The notes: generated by a model not told the origin, from the sequence alone. A stretch of 32,000 bases of DNA from Opitutales bacterium (GCA_965219535.1 CBDCNV010000001.1:2070001-2102000), one strand, 5' to 3'. Counted from the stretch's first letter, positions 1 to 9,380 are shown. A program made the numbers and translations.

Positions 1-544
1 TTTCGAGTTTATCAAAAGATTTTTGAATTTCTTCACGAAGACGGTCTCCGTGTCCAACGAGATCGTCTTCGTGGATTACATCTTTCAATTGCTTGTTTTT
101 CTCTGATGCTAGAACTTTAATTTTCTTATCCAGGGCACGAAGCATTACCAGATTTTCCGCTTCAAGATCCTTGTGAAGCTTTTTCCTCGTTGATTCACTT
201 TGCTCCGCTACCACCTTATTAAATTTATCCAAATGAGACGTAATTTCAGTTCGGTATTCATCAAAGGTACGTTTAAATTCTTTTCCAAAATTATATTCAA
301 AATCTCTAAGGTCTTCCTTGTACCGACGATTCAAAATATCGATATGAGAATTACGCAGCTGTGAGGCTCTTATTGCAGTATAGGCGATGAGAAATATGGT
401 AATTATTCCCGCGGCGAATATAAAAAAGGAAGCAAAGGGTATTCCTGTAATAGCCACGCCGAATAGCAGGGGAACCGCTGCGGCGAGACAAACAGCCCAT
501 CGAGGATAACAATCAGATAAGAGGATCGATATTTTTTTATTCAT
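1..544 (-). CDS. hypothetical membrane-anchored coiled-coil protein; 3' end lies beyond the window
   Basis: Not in the ORF track because it has no stop inside the window. Manual translation from ATG 544-542 gives MNKKISILLSDCYPRWAVCLAAAVPLLFGVAITGIPFASFFIFAAGIITIFLIAYTAIRAS..., i.e. two hydrophobic helices followed by a K/E/L-rich coiled-coil-like region, open to base 1. Its ATG overlaps the upstream stop (cATGAATAA). Confidence 0.55.
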   Translation of the reverse strand, partial: MNKKISILLSDCYPRWAVCLAAAVPLLFGVAITGIPFASFFIFAAGIITIFLIAYTAIRASQLRNSHIDILNRRYKEDLRDFEYNFGKEFKRTFDEYRTEITSHLDKFNKVVAEQSESTRKKLHKDLEAENLVMLRALDKKIKVLASEKNKQLKDVIHEDDLVGHGDRLREEIQKSFDKLE

Positions 545-1343
545 GAATAAAATTAACCTTACGCGGGAATAAAGGAAGACAGAGAGTTCCCTGAATTACC
601 GTCAACCAATGTTCGTCCTCCAATTGCGCTTCGAGGGTAATTGGAGTTGTCCCTGGTCGAGGATTGAGAGAAATCTCAAACCCAGAATGGAATATTGTAT
701 CGTTATCACCAAATTTTTCGATTAATTCAATACTTTCCAAATTGTATCTTCCCATGACACTGGAACGATCAGTGACACAACGAATACCTTTAATTGTTGA
801 TAGGTCTTCATTAAAACACCACCCACGCAAATAATACTCAGAACCGTCGGCTTTTATATTTTCAGTCTCGTAGAGATTAAAAAGAAAACCATTTTTAACG
901 CGGTATGGCTTACCATTCATATCGATGCGCTTATATATCCCTTCATCTTCTACAGTTTGTTGTTCACTGCCCAGCGCTCCCTTCATGACGATTAACCAGT
1001 CATCTGAACCATTTAATTTTGCTTCCAGGGTAAACGATAGCTCTCCGTCAGGTGCCGGTATGGAGATTTCAAATCCGGCATTAAGACTTGCATTAACTTT
1101 ACCAAAATTAACTAATTCAGTTCTCTTAATCCCGTAACGCGCAATAATTTCGGAATGTTCCGTTTGCAACCTGACACTCGTCACCTCGGTTAAGTTCTCT
1201 GAAAAACACCAGCCACTAATTATAAGAACACTATTATCGGTCGAAAAACTCCGCAGTGCGTCTAAATCATACAGAAACTCGTGATTTCCTTTTAACCCTT
1301 TTACTACCTTGTATAGGTTATCGCCTGTATTTTCTTCTGGCAT
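537..1343 (-). CDS. hypothetical protein made of two tandem copies of a ~110-aa domain
   Basis: 268-aa ORF. The two halves align on shared motifs: FLYDL/FLFNL, ISGWCFSENL/LRGWCFNEDL, ARYG/GRYN, AGFEISI/SGFEISL, FTLEAKL/ITLEAQL, WLIVMKGAL/WLTVIQGTL. I could not assign a family by eye. Confidence 0.6.
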   Translation of the reverse strand: MPEENTGDNLYKVVKGLKGNHEFLYDLDALRSFSTDNSVLIISGWCFSENLTEVTSVRLQTEHSEIIARYGIKRTELVNFGKVNASLNAGFEISIPAPDGELSFTLEAKLNGSDDWLIVMKGALGSEQQTVEDEGIYKRIDMNGKPYRVKNGFLFNLYETENIKADGSEYYLRGWCFNEDLSTIKGIRCVTDRSSVMGRYNLESIELIEKFGDNDTIFHSGFEISLNPRPGTTPITLEAQLEDEHWLTVIQGTLCLPLFPRKVNFIHE

Positions 1344-1622
1344 TATCGATTGAAGTGTAGGGGATAAAAGTAAGATATCTTATTATCTCCGATGAGTTTA
1401 GCAATAATTTTGTACGGGTGAATGAGAAGAGTTGAATTTTGTAGAAATAATTTTACACCCTGGGATCGTTTAGGTTTTTGGTTCAGGATAATTTAATGAA
1501 GGGCGCGGCTCTCACACAAGGCGAACGGCGAAGTTCACAAACTTGTTTAATATCTGGATTTTAACTATCCGGAAATGAGTGACATATTGACTTAGTGAGA
1601 ATATATTTTAAAAAAAATATTT

Positions 1623-1922
1623 GTGAAACTGTTTAAGTTAATAGAGCCCTACGCCTCTCATATGAATAAATTTGGGATGATAGGATTTGTCGCGATGATT
1701 GGAATCAGCATTGCCAGCCTCAGGAAATTACAACTCGACATAGCACGGATAACACCACTTTTTTTCTTGGCATTCATATTCGGTTTTATCTGGTTGGTGG
1801 GGCACCATATCGAGAAAGCGGTAGAAAAAAGAGCGTTTTCGGAAGTCGATGAAGAAAAAATGGCGGAATTTCGAAAAAAACTGGCTGAGAGAAAATCCGA
1901 AGACGAATTTATAGACATTTAA
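1623..1922 (+). CDS. small hypothetical membrane protein
   Basis: 99-aa ORF with a GTG start (alternative ATG at 1663). It has two hydrophobic segments (GMIGFVAMIGISIASL, TPLFFLAFIFGFIWLVG) and a charged C-tail. The antisense ORF 1658-1918 is Ser-rich low complexity and less plausible. Confidence 0.45.
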   Translation: MKLFKLIEPYASHMNKFGMIGFVAMIGISIASLRKLQLDIARITPLFFLAFIFGFIWLVGHHIEKAVEKRAFSEVDEEKMAEFRKKLAERKSEDEFIDI

Positions 1923-2007
1923 TACACGACTAATAATGCAAGATTGCGCCTTACAACGGTCCCAAGGAAAATACCGCAGCTAGCTATCTCCGAGAATATC
2001 GATCTAA

Positions 2008-3045
2008 TTACGAACGTAATTGGACCGGGATCTCCTCGCGCGCAGATTGAAGACCGGCAAGACAAAGTTCTACCGCAGTGCGACCGTCTTTACCGGTAAC
2101 TGAGGGTTCGCGGTCTTCAAGTATGGCATCAATATATTCTTGCATCATCGCAGAGTATGCTTCCAACCGCACTGGATCAGCAGGGTTCGTAATCGTCAGG
2201 GCGGGTTGCGCCCAGATCGTCTCCCAACCTTTATCGGTGGATATATTCAATTTTCCTAAACCGTCTAGATCGAGAAGCCCTTTATCCCCCATTATTTGCA
2301 CACCCATGCGTGTTCCTGAAAAGGTGTTACCGGGCATTTCACCCGAGACCCACATCTGGGCAATAGCACTGTTATCAAAAGACAATTGGGCCATTATACT
2401 CAAATCAGATACCTGGTGATCACCAAAACTTTGAATATTTCCAAAGATGCTAGTTGCCTCCCCACCGATTAGAAAGCGGATGAGATCAAATGTGTGAGAG
2501 CAGAGACCCATATACATTCCACCACCCGCCGGATCGAGATAGAAAGGTCGCGTCTCTATTTCGTGAAGTGAAGCTTCTATTGGGACATGACAGACATTAA
2601 ATAACTGGCCTACCTTACCAATCCGCCCTTCATTCAAAATCTCGCGCGCCTTTTTAAAAACGCCTCTAAACCTCCAGTGCTTTACTTGCATCAGCTTAAC
2701 ACGAGCTTGCGCGCAGCCTTCTATCATTGCATCACATTGCGCCAAGTCAGGTGCCATTGGCTTCTCGACAAGGACATGCTTACCAGCAGCTGCAGCCATT
2801 AAAGCCTGTTCTTTATGCACTTGTTCAGGCGAAGTAATGACGATCGCATTGACATCGTCTCTTTTGATCAATGATTCAACCGTTTCCTCGTGCTTAATTT
2901 CATAATCCTCAGCAAGCTGCAATGAACGTTTTCCGCCCGCTACAGCAACCAGACGCGCTCCATGAGTGTACTTAGCTAGGCACTCCGAATAAGTGCGGCC
3001 CATAAAACCCGCTCCAATCATCCCGATTCCAATTTCAGCATTCAT
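2008..3045 (-). CDS. Gfo/Idh/MocA family NAD(P)-dependent oxidoreductase
   Basis: 345 aa. N-terminal Rossmann motif IGIGMIGAGFMGRTY, an EKP motif (HVLVEKPMA), and a C-terminal alpha/beta domain typical of the family. Confidence 0.88.
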   Translation of the reverse strand: MNAEIGIGMIGAGFMGRTYSECLAKYTHGARLVAVAGGKRSLQLAEDYEIKHEETVESLIKRDDVNAIVITSPEQVHKEQALMAAAAGKHVLVEKPMAPDLAQCDAMIEGCAQARVKLMQVKHWRFRGVFKKAREILNEGRIGKVGQLFNVCHVPIEASLHEIETRPFYLDPAGGGMYMGLCSHTFDLIRFLIGGEATSIFGNIQSFGDHQVSDLSIMAQLSFDNSAIAQMWVSGEMPGNTFSGTRMGVQIMGDKGLLDLDGLGKLNISTDKGWETIWAQPALTITNPADPVRLEAYSAMMQEYIDAILEDREPSVTGKDGRTAVELCLAGLQSAREEIPVQLRS

Positions 3046-3161
3046 GGATCAGTAATTATAAAGTTAAGCATGAGTGAAAATCGTGGTTAGATAAGGGGCA
3101 ATTGTCCATTTATAAAGATTAGAGTAGAATATTTTTTGAATTTCTCTACGGTGGGAGCGTT

Positions 3162-4553
3162 ATGAGAACTGAAAGTGATTCTATGGGTGAAATGCAAGTC
3201 CCGGATGAAGCTTTATACGGGGCTTCAACTCAACGTGCAGTCTTAAACTTTCCCATCAGCGGTCGGCAGATGCCAGAGGGATTTATTAAGGGCTTAGGAT
3301 TGATGAAATGGGCTTGCGCCAAGGGAAATGAAGAACTGGAGAAATTACCCAGTGAAAAAGCAGATATTTTGAAAGAGGTCGCACAGGAAATAGCCGATGG
3401 AAAACATAGCCATCAATTTCCCGTCGACGTATTTCAAACGGGCTCTGGAACTTCAACGAATATGAATGTGAATGAGGTGATCGCCAACCGCGCGAGTCAG
3501 ATTGCCGCGAAACCAATCGGTTCACGAGATCCTTTGCACCCGAATGATGATGTGAATATGGGTCAGTCGTCTAATGATATTATTCCGTCAACACTTCATC
3601 TCAGTGTCGCTATCACGATTAAAGAAGATCTCGTGCCCGCACTCAATCATCTCGCTTCAGCTCTCGATAAAAAGTCAAAAGCCTTTAATGACATTGTCAA
3701 AATTGGTCGTACTCATCTTATGGATGCTACACCCCTGACCTTGGGTCAGGAATTTTCCGGTTATGCCGCACAATTGAATAAGAGTGTAAAACGAGCAGAG
3801 AAAAGCGTGGAACTGCTTCGTGAACTCGCTATCGGTGGCACCGCAGTCGGTACGGGCATAAACTGCCATCCCGACTTTCCTCGTAAAGTCTGCAGAATAC
3901 TTTCAGAGAAAACCGGAATCGAGTTTCGCGAAGCCGATAATCATTTCGAAGCACAAGGGGGACGTGATGACACCGTTGAAGTGGCTGGAATACTCAATAC
4001 CATCGCCACCAGCTTGACTAAGGTCGCTAACGATATCCGTTTGCTCAGCTCCGGTCCACGTTCGGGACTCGGGGAAATCATTTTGCCCGCAACCCAACCG
4101 GGATCCTCCATCATGCCGGGAAAAGTCAACCCGGTAATGAGCGAAATGCTGATCCAAGTATGCATCTATACGCAAGGTCTGTGTAATACTATTTCGATCT
4201 GTGGTCGCGATGGACATTTTGAACTCAATGTAACCATTCCTCTCATCGCCTATGCATTACACGAATCTATTCGTTGCCTCAGTAATGGCGCCCGCACTTT
4301 TGCCGATCAATGTGTATCTGGTATAGAGGCGAACAGTGAACGCTGTAAGGAACTAGTTGACCGTTCGCTTATGCTTGTCACTGCATTGAATCCTTATATC
4401 GGATACGATAAAGCTGCCGAAGTGGCAAAAACCGCGTTGAGCGAAAATAAAACCTTGCGAGAGGTGATTCTTGAACGTGAATTGCTTGACGAGGCGACCC
4501 TGGATAAAGCCCTTAACCCCATGGAGATGATAAAGCCTGATGGAAGCGCTTAA
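3162..4553 (+). CDS. fumC: class II fumarate hydratase (fumarase/aspartase superfamily)
   Basis: 463 aa. Superfamily signature GSSIMPGKVNP. QTGSGTSTNMNVNEV and LMLVTALNPYIGYDKAAEVAK resemble FumC. A few segments (IRLLSSGPRSGL, the C-terminal REVILERELL) resemble AspA, so the subfamily call is less certain than the family call. Confidence 0.8.
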   Translation: MRTESDSMGEMQVPDEALYGASTQRAVLNFPISGRQMPEGFIKGLGLMKWACAKGNEELEKLPSEKADILKEVAQEIADGKHSHQFPVDVFQTGSGTSTNMNVNEVIANRASQIAAKPIGSRDPLHPNDDVNMGQSSNDIIPSTLHLSVAITIKEDLVPALNHLASALDKKSKAFNDIVKIGRTHLMDATPLTLGQEFSGYAAQLNKSVKRAEKSVELLRELAIGGTAVGTGINCHPDFPRKVCRILSEKTGIEFREADNHFEAQGGRDDTVEVAGILNTIATSLTKVANDIRLLSSGPRSGLGEIILPATQPGSSIMPGKVNPVMSEMLIQVCIYTQGLCNTISICGRDGHFELNVTIPLIAYALHESIRCLSNGARTFADQCVSGIEANSERCKELVDRSLMLVTALNPYIGYDKAAEVAKTALSENKTLREVILERELLDEATLDKALNPMEMIKPDGSA

Positions 4554-4631
4554 ATGATGATTGGCTTTAAGGTGTGAGGGGAAGTTCAGAATTCATTACC
4601 CGCTTATCATAAATCTTGTTCCATTAATTCT

Positions 4632-5051
4632 ATGGCTGTTTACAGTGAAGAAATTACCGTCAATACGAACGGTAAAGGGACTTATGAATTAAGTGAAAAG
4701 ATTTCGCAGGGGCTAATTAAAAGCGGCCTTAACGAAGGCACAGTTACTGTTTTCTGCCAGCACACCAGTTGCAGCCTCGTCATTATGGAAAATGCCGATC
4801 CTACGGTCAGAACCGATTTGGAAAAATATTTTGATAAACTGGTCCCGGAAAATAATCCTGACTTTACCCACACAATGGAAGGTCCTGACGATATGCCCAG
4901 TCACATAAAGATGGCGCTCACCCGCACCGTGGAAGTCATCCCCTTTACGAATACCCGGCTTTGTCTCGGCACCTGGCAGGGTATATTCTTATGGGAGCAC
5001 CGCAGGGCACCTCATGAGCGTAAGATCATTTTGACCTTTAGCGGGGTATGA
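4632..5051 (+). CDS. YjbQ/UPF0047 family protein (secondary thiamine-phosphate synthase-like)
   Basis: 139 aa. Shows typical UPF0047 blocks: TVFCQHTSCSLVIMENADP, PDDMPSHIKMAL, LCLGTWQGIFLWEHR. Confidence 0.85.
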   Translation: MAVYSEEITVNTNGKGTYELSEKISQGLIKSGLNEGTVTVFCQHTSCSLVIMENADPTVRTDLEKYFDKLVPENNPDFTHTMEGPDDMPSHIKMALTRTVEVIPFTNTRLCLGTWQGIFLWEHRRAPHERKIILTFSGV

Positions 5052-5160
5052 ACAGCGGTGCGCGTTAAAGAATCGCTGGATAATTCCACCGCCCTCAATC
5101 CAATCATTATTAGCCATATTACAAACCACTGCCGGAGATAACAGGGATTGGTGATAGGCC

Positions 5161-6300
5161 TTACCCCGTTTCTGCAACTGAATCAGCTGCTGGAGCTTTT
5201 TCCAATGGTGCTTCGTGGTTTGCAGCAGGTTGTTTCGCTGGAGGGATAGTCTGCTCGATATCCTCCTTTGAAAGTTCCTGCGTCAATTCAATGTCTTCTT
5301 CAAGCTCTTCGATTTGTTTAGCGGTAACTCGCATATTATAGTCTAATTCTTCGTTATCACGTTTTACCTTAATGCTGACAAACTGACCTTCTCTCGTATA
5401 GAAGATGGCATTGCGCACGTCGCTCACTTGCTTGATAGTGTAGTCGCCAATATTGACCAGGACATCACCGGGAAACATCCCTGCACTTTCTGCCGGAGTA
5501 TCAGCATATATTCTACTTAAAACAATCTGCATCCCATCTTTAATCGTATTCTGTTTTTCCACATCAAACCCAATCCAACCATAAGTAACTTTTCCCGAAA
5601 AGAGGAGATCATCTCTTATGCGTCGGGCTGCGCGGGTAGGTAGAAAATAAGAAGCCTGCAGTTCTTTCAATATACCTATTTGAACACCGACCAGGTTGCC
5701 ATTGAGATCAAGAAGCGGGGCCCCGTCTTCGCCAACCGCCCGAGGTATGGATGTGCGAATATAAGTGCAAGGAAACATCCGTTCGCCAAATCCACTTTCT
5801 TGACCGGCTATTAATCCCAAGTACGGGGTCGGTTCCAATTCAAAAGGCGTACTTAATCGAACCACCATTGTCCCAATCGGTGGGAGATCCGGTGAATCGG
5901 TCAGATGGAGAAAATTAAATTTTCGCGGTAGATTGTTGAGCTGAAGGAGAGAAAGATTATTGGATTTATCGTAACCGTATGATTTTGCCGGGTATTCGAT
6001 CCCATGGTGGACTACCCATAAACGGTCGGCATCTGAAGCAAGTACGGCATTGGTTAAAATATGACCTTCACGACTGATAAAAAATCCAGTCCCCATTCTG
6101 ACTTCTATATCTGGGTCCCCGTCTTCATTCAAACGTTGATACGCGGCCTTAACGTGAACAATGGCATCCTTGTTTTCCTCAAAAATGCCGACAAGACGTT
6201 TTTGCAGACTTAAAAAATCACCGTTTTCAGAACCTGCTGCAACAAGAGGGATGGCAAAAAAAAAACAGACAAGCGGCAGGTAATCAAAGAAGCGCCTCAT
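5161..6300 (-). CDS. secreted HtrA/DegP-like trypsin-fold + PDZ protein with all catalytic-triad positions substituted (predicted pseudoprotease)
   Basis: 379 aa with a signal peptide (LPLVCFFFAIPLVAAG). HtrA blocks are recognisable but altered: TNxHV reads ILTNAVLAS (His lost), DxALL reads NNLSLLQL (Asp to Asn), and GNSGGP reads GEDGAPLL (Ser to Asp). A PDZ-like segment is retained (GMFPGDVLVNIGDYTIKQVSDV). It starts 7 nt downstream of the anti-sigma candidate. Confidence 0.8.
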   Translation of the reverse strand: MRRFFDYLPLVCFFFAIPLVAAGSENGDFLSLQKRLVGIFEENKDAIVHVKAAYQRLNEDGDPDIEVRMGTGFFISREGHILTNAVLASDADRLWVVHHGIEYPAKSYGYDKSNNLSLLQLNNLPRKFNFLHLTDSPDLPPIGTMVVRLSTPFELEPTPYLGLIAGQESGFGERMFPCTYIRTSIPRAVGEDGAPLLDLNGNLVGVQIGILKELQASYFLPTRAARRIRDDLLFSGKVTYGWIGFDVEKQNTIKDGMQIVLSRIYADTPAESAGMFPGDVLVNIGDYTIKQVSDVRNAIFYTREGQFVSIKVKRDNEELDYNMRVTAKQIEELEEDIELTQELSKEDIEQTIPPAKQPAANHEAPLEKAPAADSVAETG

Positions 6301-6307
6301 CTGCTAA

Positions 6308-6892
6308 TTACTCGTGGACGAAGTTGGTCGGAGTAGAATGAAAAGTAGAATGGGATTTATTGTTAAATGGATCAGAAGCAAACCTGGGGTCATTATCATA
6401 AGCAGGGGCTAGGCTAAAGGTTTGCGAGGCCATTACTTTTCTAAAATTTTCTCTTCTCACTCTTTTATGGGGCATAATATCGATTACAAAGAACGCATGG
6501 GACTGCTTTTCAGGATCATTTTTTGCCAGCGCGAGAGCGGTTGAATCTATATGAGTTGGTTTTACTTCTAAAATGCTGGGGGCTGCTGATACTTCGGCAA
6601 TGGATGAATTTTTATTATCATCAAACGTAATCCAGCCGTAATGATGAATCGTAAATGCCAAGGTAAAAATTGTCGCTGCGCTCAGTGAGATCACAGCATA
6701 AAGATTCATTTTTATAAATTGCCAATAGTACGCGTACCAAGGCTCTGGATGAACGAGAGCCTGAAGTGTCTTTTGACGTAAATCACGGTCAAAATTATCC
6801 CAGAACTCCTTACTTGGCTTTTCTTCTCTTTTCAGAAGAAGCAAGGATTCCAAACTTATTTTGGGGGCCGTATTATGATTTTCTAATGCCAT
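6308..6892 (-). CDS. single-pass membrane protein, candidate anti-sigma factor
   Basis: 194 aa, starting 18 nt downstream of the ECF sigma gene. One TM helix (LYAVISLSAATIFTLAFTI) separates a charged N-terminal part from a C-terminal extracytoplasmic part. There is no zinc (HxxxCxxC) motif. The call rests on position and topology only. Confidence 0.45.
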   Translation of the reverse strand: MALENHNTAPKISLESLLLLKREEKPSKEFWDNFDRDLRQKTLQALVHPEPWYAYYWQFIKMNLYAVISLSAATIFTLAFTIHHYGWITFDDNKNSSIAEVSAAPSILEVKPTHIDSTALALAKNDPEKQSHAFFVIDIMPHKRVRRENFRKVMASQTFSLAPAYDNDPRFASDPFNNKSHSTFHSTPTNFVHE

Positions 6893-6910
6893 GTTATGAG
6901 CGATGATACT

Positions 6911-7543
6911 TTAATCTAAATAATCCTTGAGATAAGCTTGCAATTGCTGCTTCGCATAGTGCAAACGCGAGCGCACCGTGCCGACAGAACATTCCATAAC
7001 ATTAGAGATGTCATGGTGGCTTAACCCTTCTATTTCATATAATACCACTACTGTCCTATGTTTATCAGACAATTTTTGGAGCGCTTCGTTCAATTTTTCC
7101 TGCAATTCATTCATAAGTGCAGTTTTTTCCGATTTCACTTTAATTGAGAGCGCTTCGACAATTTCCGAAGAACTAACCTCTTCATTGATAGTTTCAAAGC
7201 TGAAAAAGTGCCGCATCCGGTTGCGCTTAAGATAGCTCAAGGTGGAATTTACCGCAATGCGATAGAGCCAGGTATAAAATGAGGATTTCCCCTTAAATCG
7301 TTTAATCGAACTGAAAGCTTTAATAAAGGTTTCTTGCGTGAGATCAGCAGCATCTTCTCGGTTAGAGCACAGATTGTATATGATAGAATAGAGTCTCTCT
7401 CGGTATTTTAATATAAGTTGATCAAATGCAGCCACATCTCCGGCTTGTACACGGCGCACCGTCGAAAGATCTCCATCTATCTTGCTTTGCTCCCTGACTG
7501 CACCAGGAGCGAGAGTCTCATCAACTGCTTTCGTGAAAGCCAT
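6911..7543 (-). CDS. ECF-type RNA polymerase sigma-70 family factor
   Basis: 210 aa. Region 2 (YRERLYSIIYNLCSNREDAADLTQETFIKAF, FYTWLYRIAVN) and region 4 (HRTVVVLYEIEGLSHHDISNVMECSVGTVRSRLHYA) are both recognisable. Confidence 0.9.
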   Translation of the reverse strand: MAFTKAVDETLAPGAVREQSKIDGDLSTVRRVQAGDVAAFDQLILKYRERLYSIIYNLCSNREDAADLTQETFIKAFSSIKRFKGKSSFYTWLYRIAVNSTLSYLKRNRMRHFFSFETINEEVSSSEIVEALSIKVKSEKTALMNELQEKLNEALQKLSDKHRTVVVLYEIEGLSHHDISNVMECSVGTVRSRLHYAKQQLQAYLKDYLD

Positions 7544-7649
7544 TTGCTACTTTAACTTATAAAAATCTATTAATAATTCAACTTTAATCATTTATGCTAA
7601 ATAAAATCGAATCAGCTCAAAAATAAAGGTGCCTCAAATCGCCCAATCC

Positions 7650-8678
7650 TCAATATACCAACAGTTTATTTATTTGAGTATCGAAATAGCTACTAAGTTC
7701 CATTAAATGTTTAATCGGCGGTTTTTCAAAATAACCATCTAACGCTTTCTCTGCTGCTTTGATCTCACCGCGAAAGTAATTTTCTACTATTTCAAAAACA
7801 CCGTTTTTCGCCATGTATAAATTTATACTATTAATATCCACGGAATCCGCATTTTGTATTTCGTTTAGGATAATCTCACGTTCCTTACCTTTTGCACGTT
7901 CCAAGAGTAATATGATAGGGAGAGTATACTTGCGGTTATTAATATCTGTTCCTAAAGTTTTTCCTATAGATTCTTCTGAGCCAATAAAATCAATAAGATC
8001 ATCATAAATTTGGTACGCGGTCCCCAGGTGTCGCCCAAAGCGACCGGCTGCACCTACAAAATCGTCATCGTAAGCGCTGAGTTTTGCCCCGAGGGTACAG
8101 GATACAGAGAATAGTTCCGCGGTCTTTAAATCAATCATCCGGAGATAATCTTCAATGCCGATCTCAGGGTTTCCCTGCTGGAAGGTTTGTTTTATTTCAC
8201 CGGCACAGACCTTGCGTGTCGATTCAGACACTAATCTACAGACATCAATAACCGGAAACTCAGCGGCTAACCTCAATGCTTGAGAAAAAAGTGCGTCGCC
8301 AAGAAGAACGGCAACACTGGAGCCAAATTTTTTACTCGCGGTTGATTCGCTGCGCCGGATTTTAGCTTCGTCCAGGACATCATCATGAACCAGGGTTGCC
8401 ATATGCACAAATTCGATAACCGCTGCTGCTTTAACTAAATCTTTCGCAATATGACCATCTGAGGTCCAACCGCTGAAAAATACCAAAACAGGGCGGAGTC
8501 GTTTTCCACTATTGTTAAGACAATATTGAACAAGCTCTTGTATTTCTACTTCAAATTCTTCAGCCTGTTCATCCATAAAAGAATCCAGCGCTTGCAAGTA
8601 TTTCAATGCTGGTTGTACAATTAAATTTAACTCAGTATAAGTCGCATTATCTCCGCTGTTATTCGAGGTCAGAAACAT
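7650..8678 (-). CDS. polyprenyl diphosphate synthase (long-chain trans-IPPS, IspB-like)
   Basis: 342 aa. First DDxxD motif LVHDDVLDEAKIRR, second motif YQIYDDLIDF, and KTxGxD (GKTLGTDI). Confidence 0.9.
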   Translation of the reverse strand: MFLTSNNSGDNATYTELNLIVQPALKYLQALDSFMDEQAEEFEVEIQELVQYCLNNSGKRLRPVLVFFSGWTSDGHIAKDLVKAAAVIEFVHMATLVHDDVLDEAKIRRSESTASKKFGSSVAVLLGDALFSQALRLAAEFPVIDVCRLVSESTRKVCAGEIKQTFQQGNPEIGIEDYLRMIDLKTAELFSVSCTLGAKLSAYDDDFVGAAGRFGRHLGTAYQIYDDLIDFIGSEESIGKTLGTDINNRKYTLPIILLLERAKGKEREIILNEIQNADSVDINSINLYMAKNGVFEIVENYFRGEIKAAEKALDGYFEKPPIKHLMELSSYFDTQINKLLVY

Positions 8679-8759
8679 GGGGTCGAAATTAATTGATAAA
8701 ACCTCAATAGCAAGTATATACAGTATCGTTATGCGCCCTTGTAACTCTATTGACTAGCG

Positions 8760-9380
8760 ATGGATCAAAATCCGACCACCATTTTCCTAATAACGGGATT
8801 GACAATTTACATTGCAATATACTGGTGGAATGACACTAGGAAAAATCAATTGGGGCAGCAAACACCCACCTCACTCCCCGGTGCTTATCCAACAACAGCT
8901 ATCGCATTAATCATCGCCATCATTGGCGCATTAGTAATTCTAGCCATTGAAACTTGCGGAGAACTCCTATTGGGGATAGATGAAAAGCAGTCAACGATCA
9001 GTTGGTTATTTCTTCTTCTTATGCTCTCGGCGGGTTTTTATGAAGAGATACTCTTTCGCGGTTACCTCGTCATAGAGAGCAAGGGCCGACGCGTATTAAT
9101 TTTAAGTATTATTGTCTTTTCGGCCTTATTCGCAATAATCCATTTCCACTGGATCGATTGGAAAGGGATGAAATATGGCTGGTTTGAACTCGATTTTAAT
9201 TTAGCGTCCTGCTACTGGACGAGCATACTCTTTATTAATTCTCTTTGGTTTTATACGGTTCGTTTTTTCGTATTTAATAAAACCAAGTCCCTTTTGCCCT
9301 CAATCGCAGCTCACATGGTGAGCAATTCAGGCGTATTTATCATAAAATTAGCACAAGGCCATGTTATTGGTCTTTATTGA
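8760..9380 (+). CDS. CPBP family intramembrane glutamic endopeptidase (CAAX protease-like)
   Basis: 206 aa and polytopic. Motif 1 EEILFRG, motif 2 FAIIHF, motif 3 AAHMVSN. Confidence 0.8.
   Translation: MDQNPTTIFLITGLTIYIAIYWWNDTRKNQLGQQTPTSLPGAYPTTAIALIIAIIGALVILAIETCGELLLGIDEKQSTISWLFLLLMLSAGFYEEILFRGYLVIESKGRRVLILSIIVFSALFAIIHFHWIDWKGMKYGWFELDFNLASCYWTSILFINSLWFYTVRFFVFNKTKSLLPSIAAHMVSNSGVFIIKLAQGHVIGLY

Noticed and set aside
925-4217. Track ORFs antisense to, or out of frame within, well-supported genes (925-1137, 1658-1918, 2078-2419, 3286-3525, 3675-3869, 3903-4217, 3941-4165). There are many similar ones further right, e.g. 4682-4904, 6978-7235, 7813-8007, 10037-11534, 11834-12957, 14322-15171, 15658-16202, 16399-17327, 17897-18166, 18407-19144, 20208-20447, 21651-21857, 23213-23527, 25681-26003, 27757-28028, 28914-30278, 30611-30796 and 31680-31868.
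   Set aside because: Each lies entirely inside a longer ORF with clear family motifs on the other strand or frame. Their products are low-complexity or have unbalanced composition. They are shadow ORFs.
3162-4553. Calling this lyase aspartate ammonia-lyase (AspA) instead of fumarase.
   Set aside because: QTGSGT (AspA has QGGAGT), GSSIMPGKVNP (AspA has ...PAKVNP) and the LMLVTALNPYIGYDKAAE block favour FumC. Some AspA-like stretches remain, so the subfamily call has reduced confidence.
6246-6255. A 10-nt homopolymer (T10 on the coding strand) in the signal-peptide region of the HtrA-like gene, considered as a phase-variation switch.
   Set aside because: Runs of 7-9 A/T occur in several housekeeping genes here (for example serS near 15185 and 14755, and the fusion gene near 17545). 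They reflect Phe/Lys codon usage in an AT-leaning genome, so there is no specific evidence for phase variation.
7628-7649. A GGCAC element upstream of the ECF sigma gene, considered as a sigma-54 -24 box.
   Set aside because: No GC (-12) element lies at the required spacing, so the match is a partial pentamer only.
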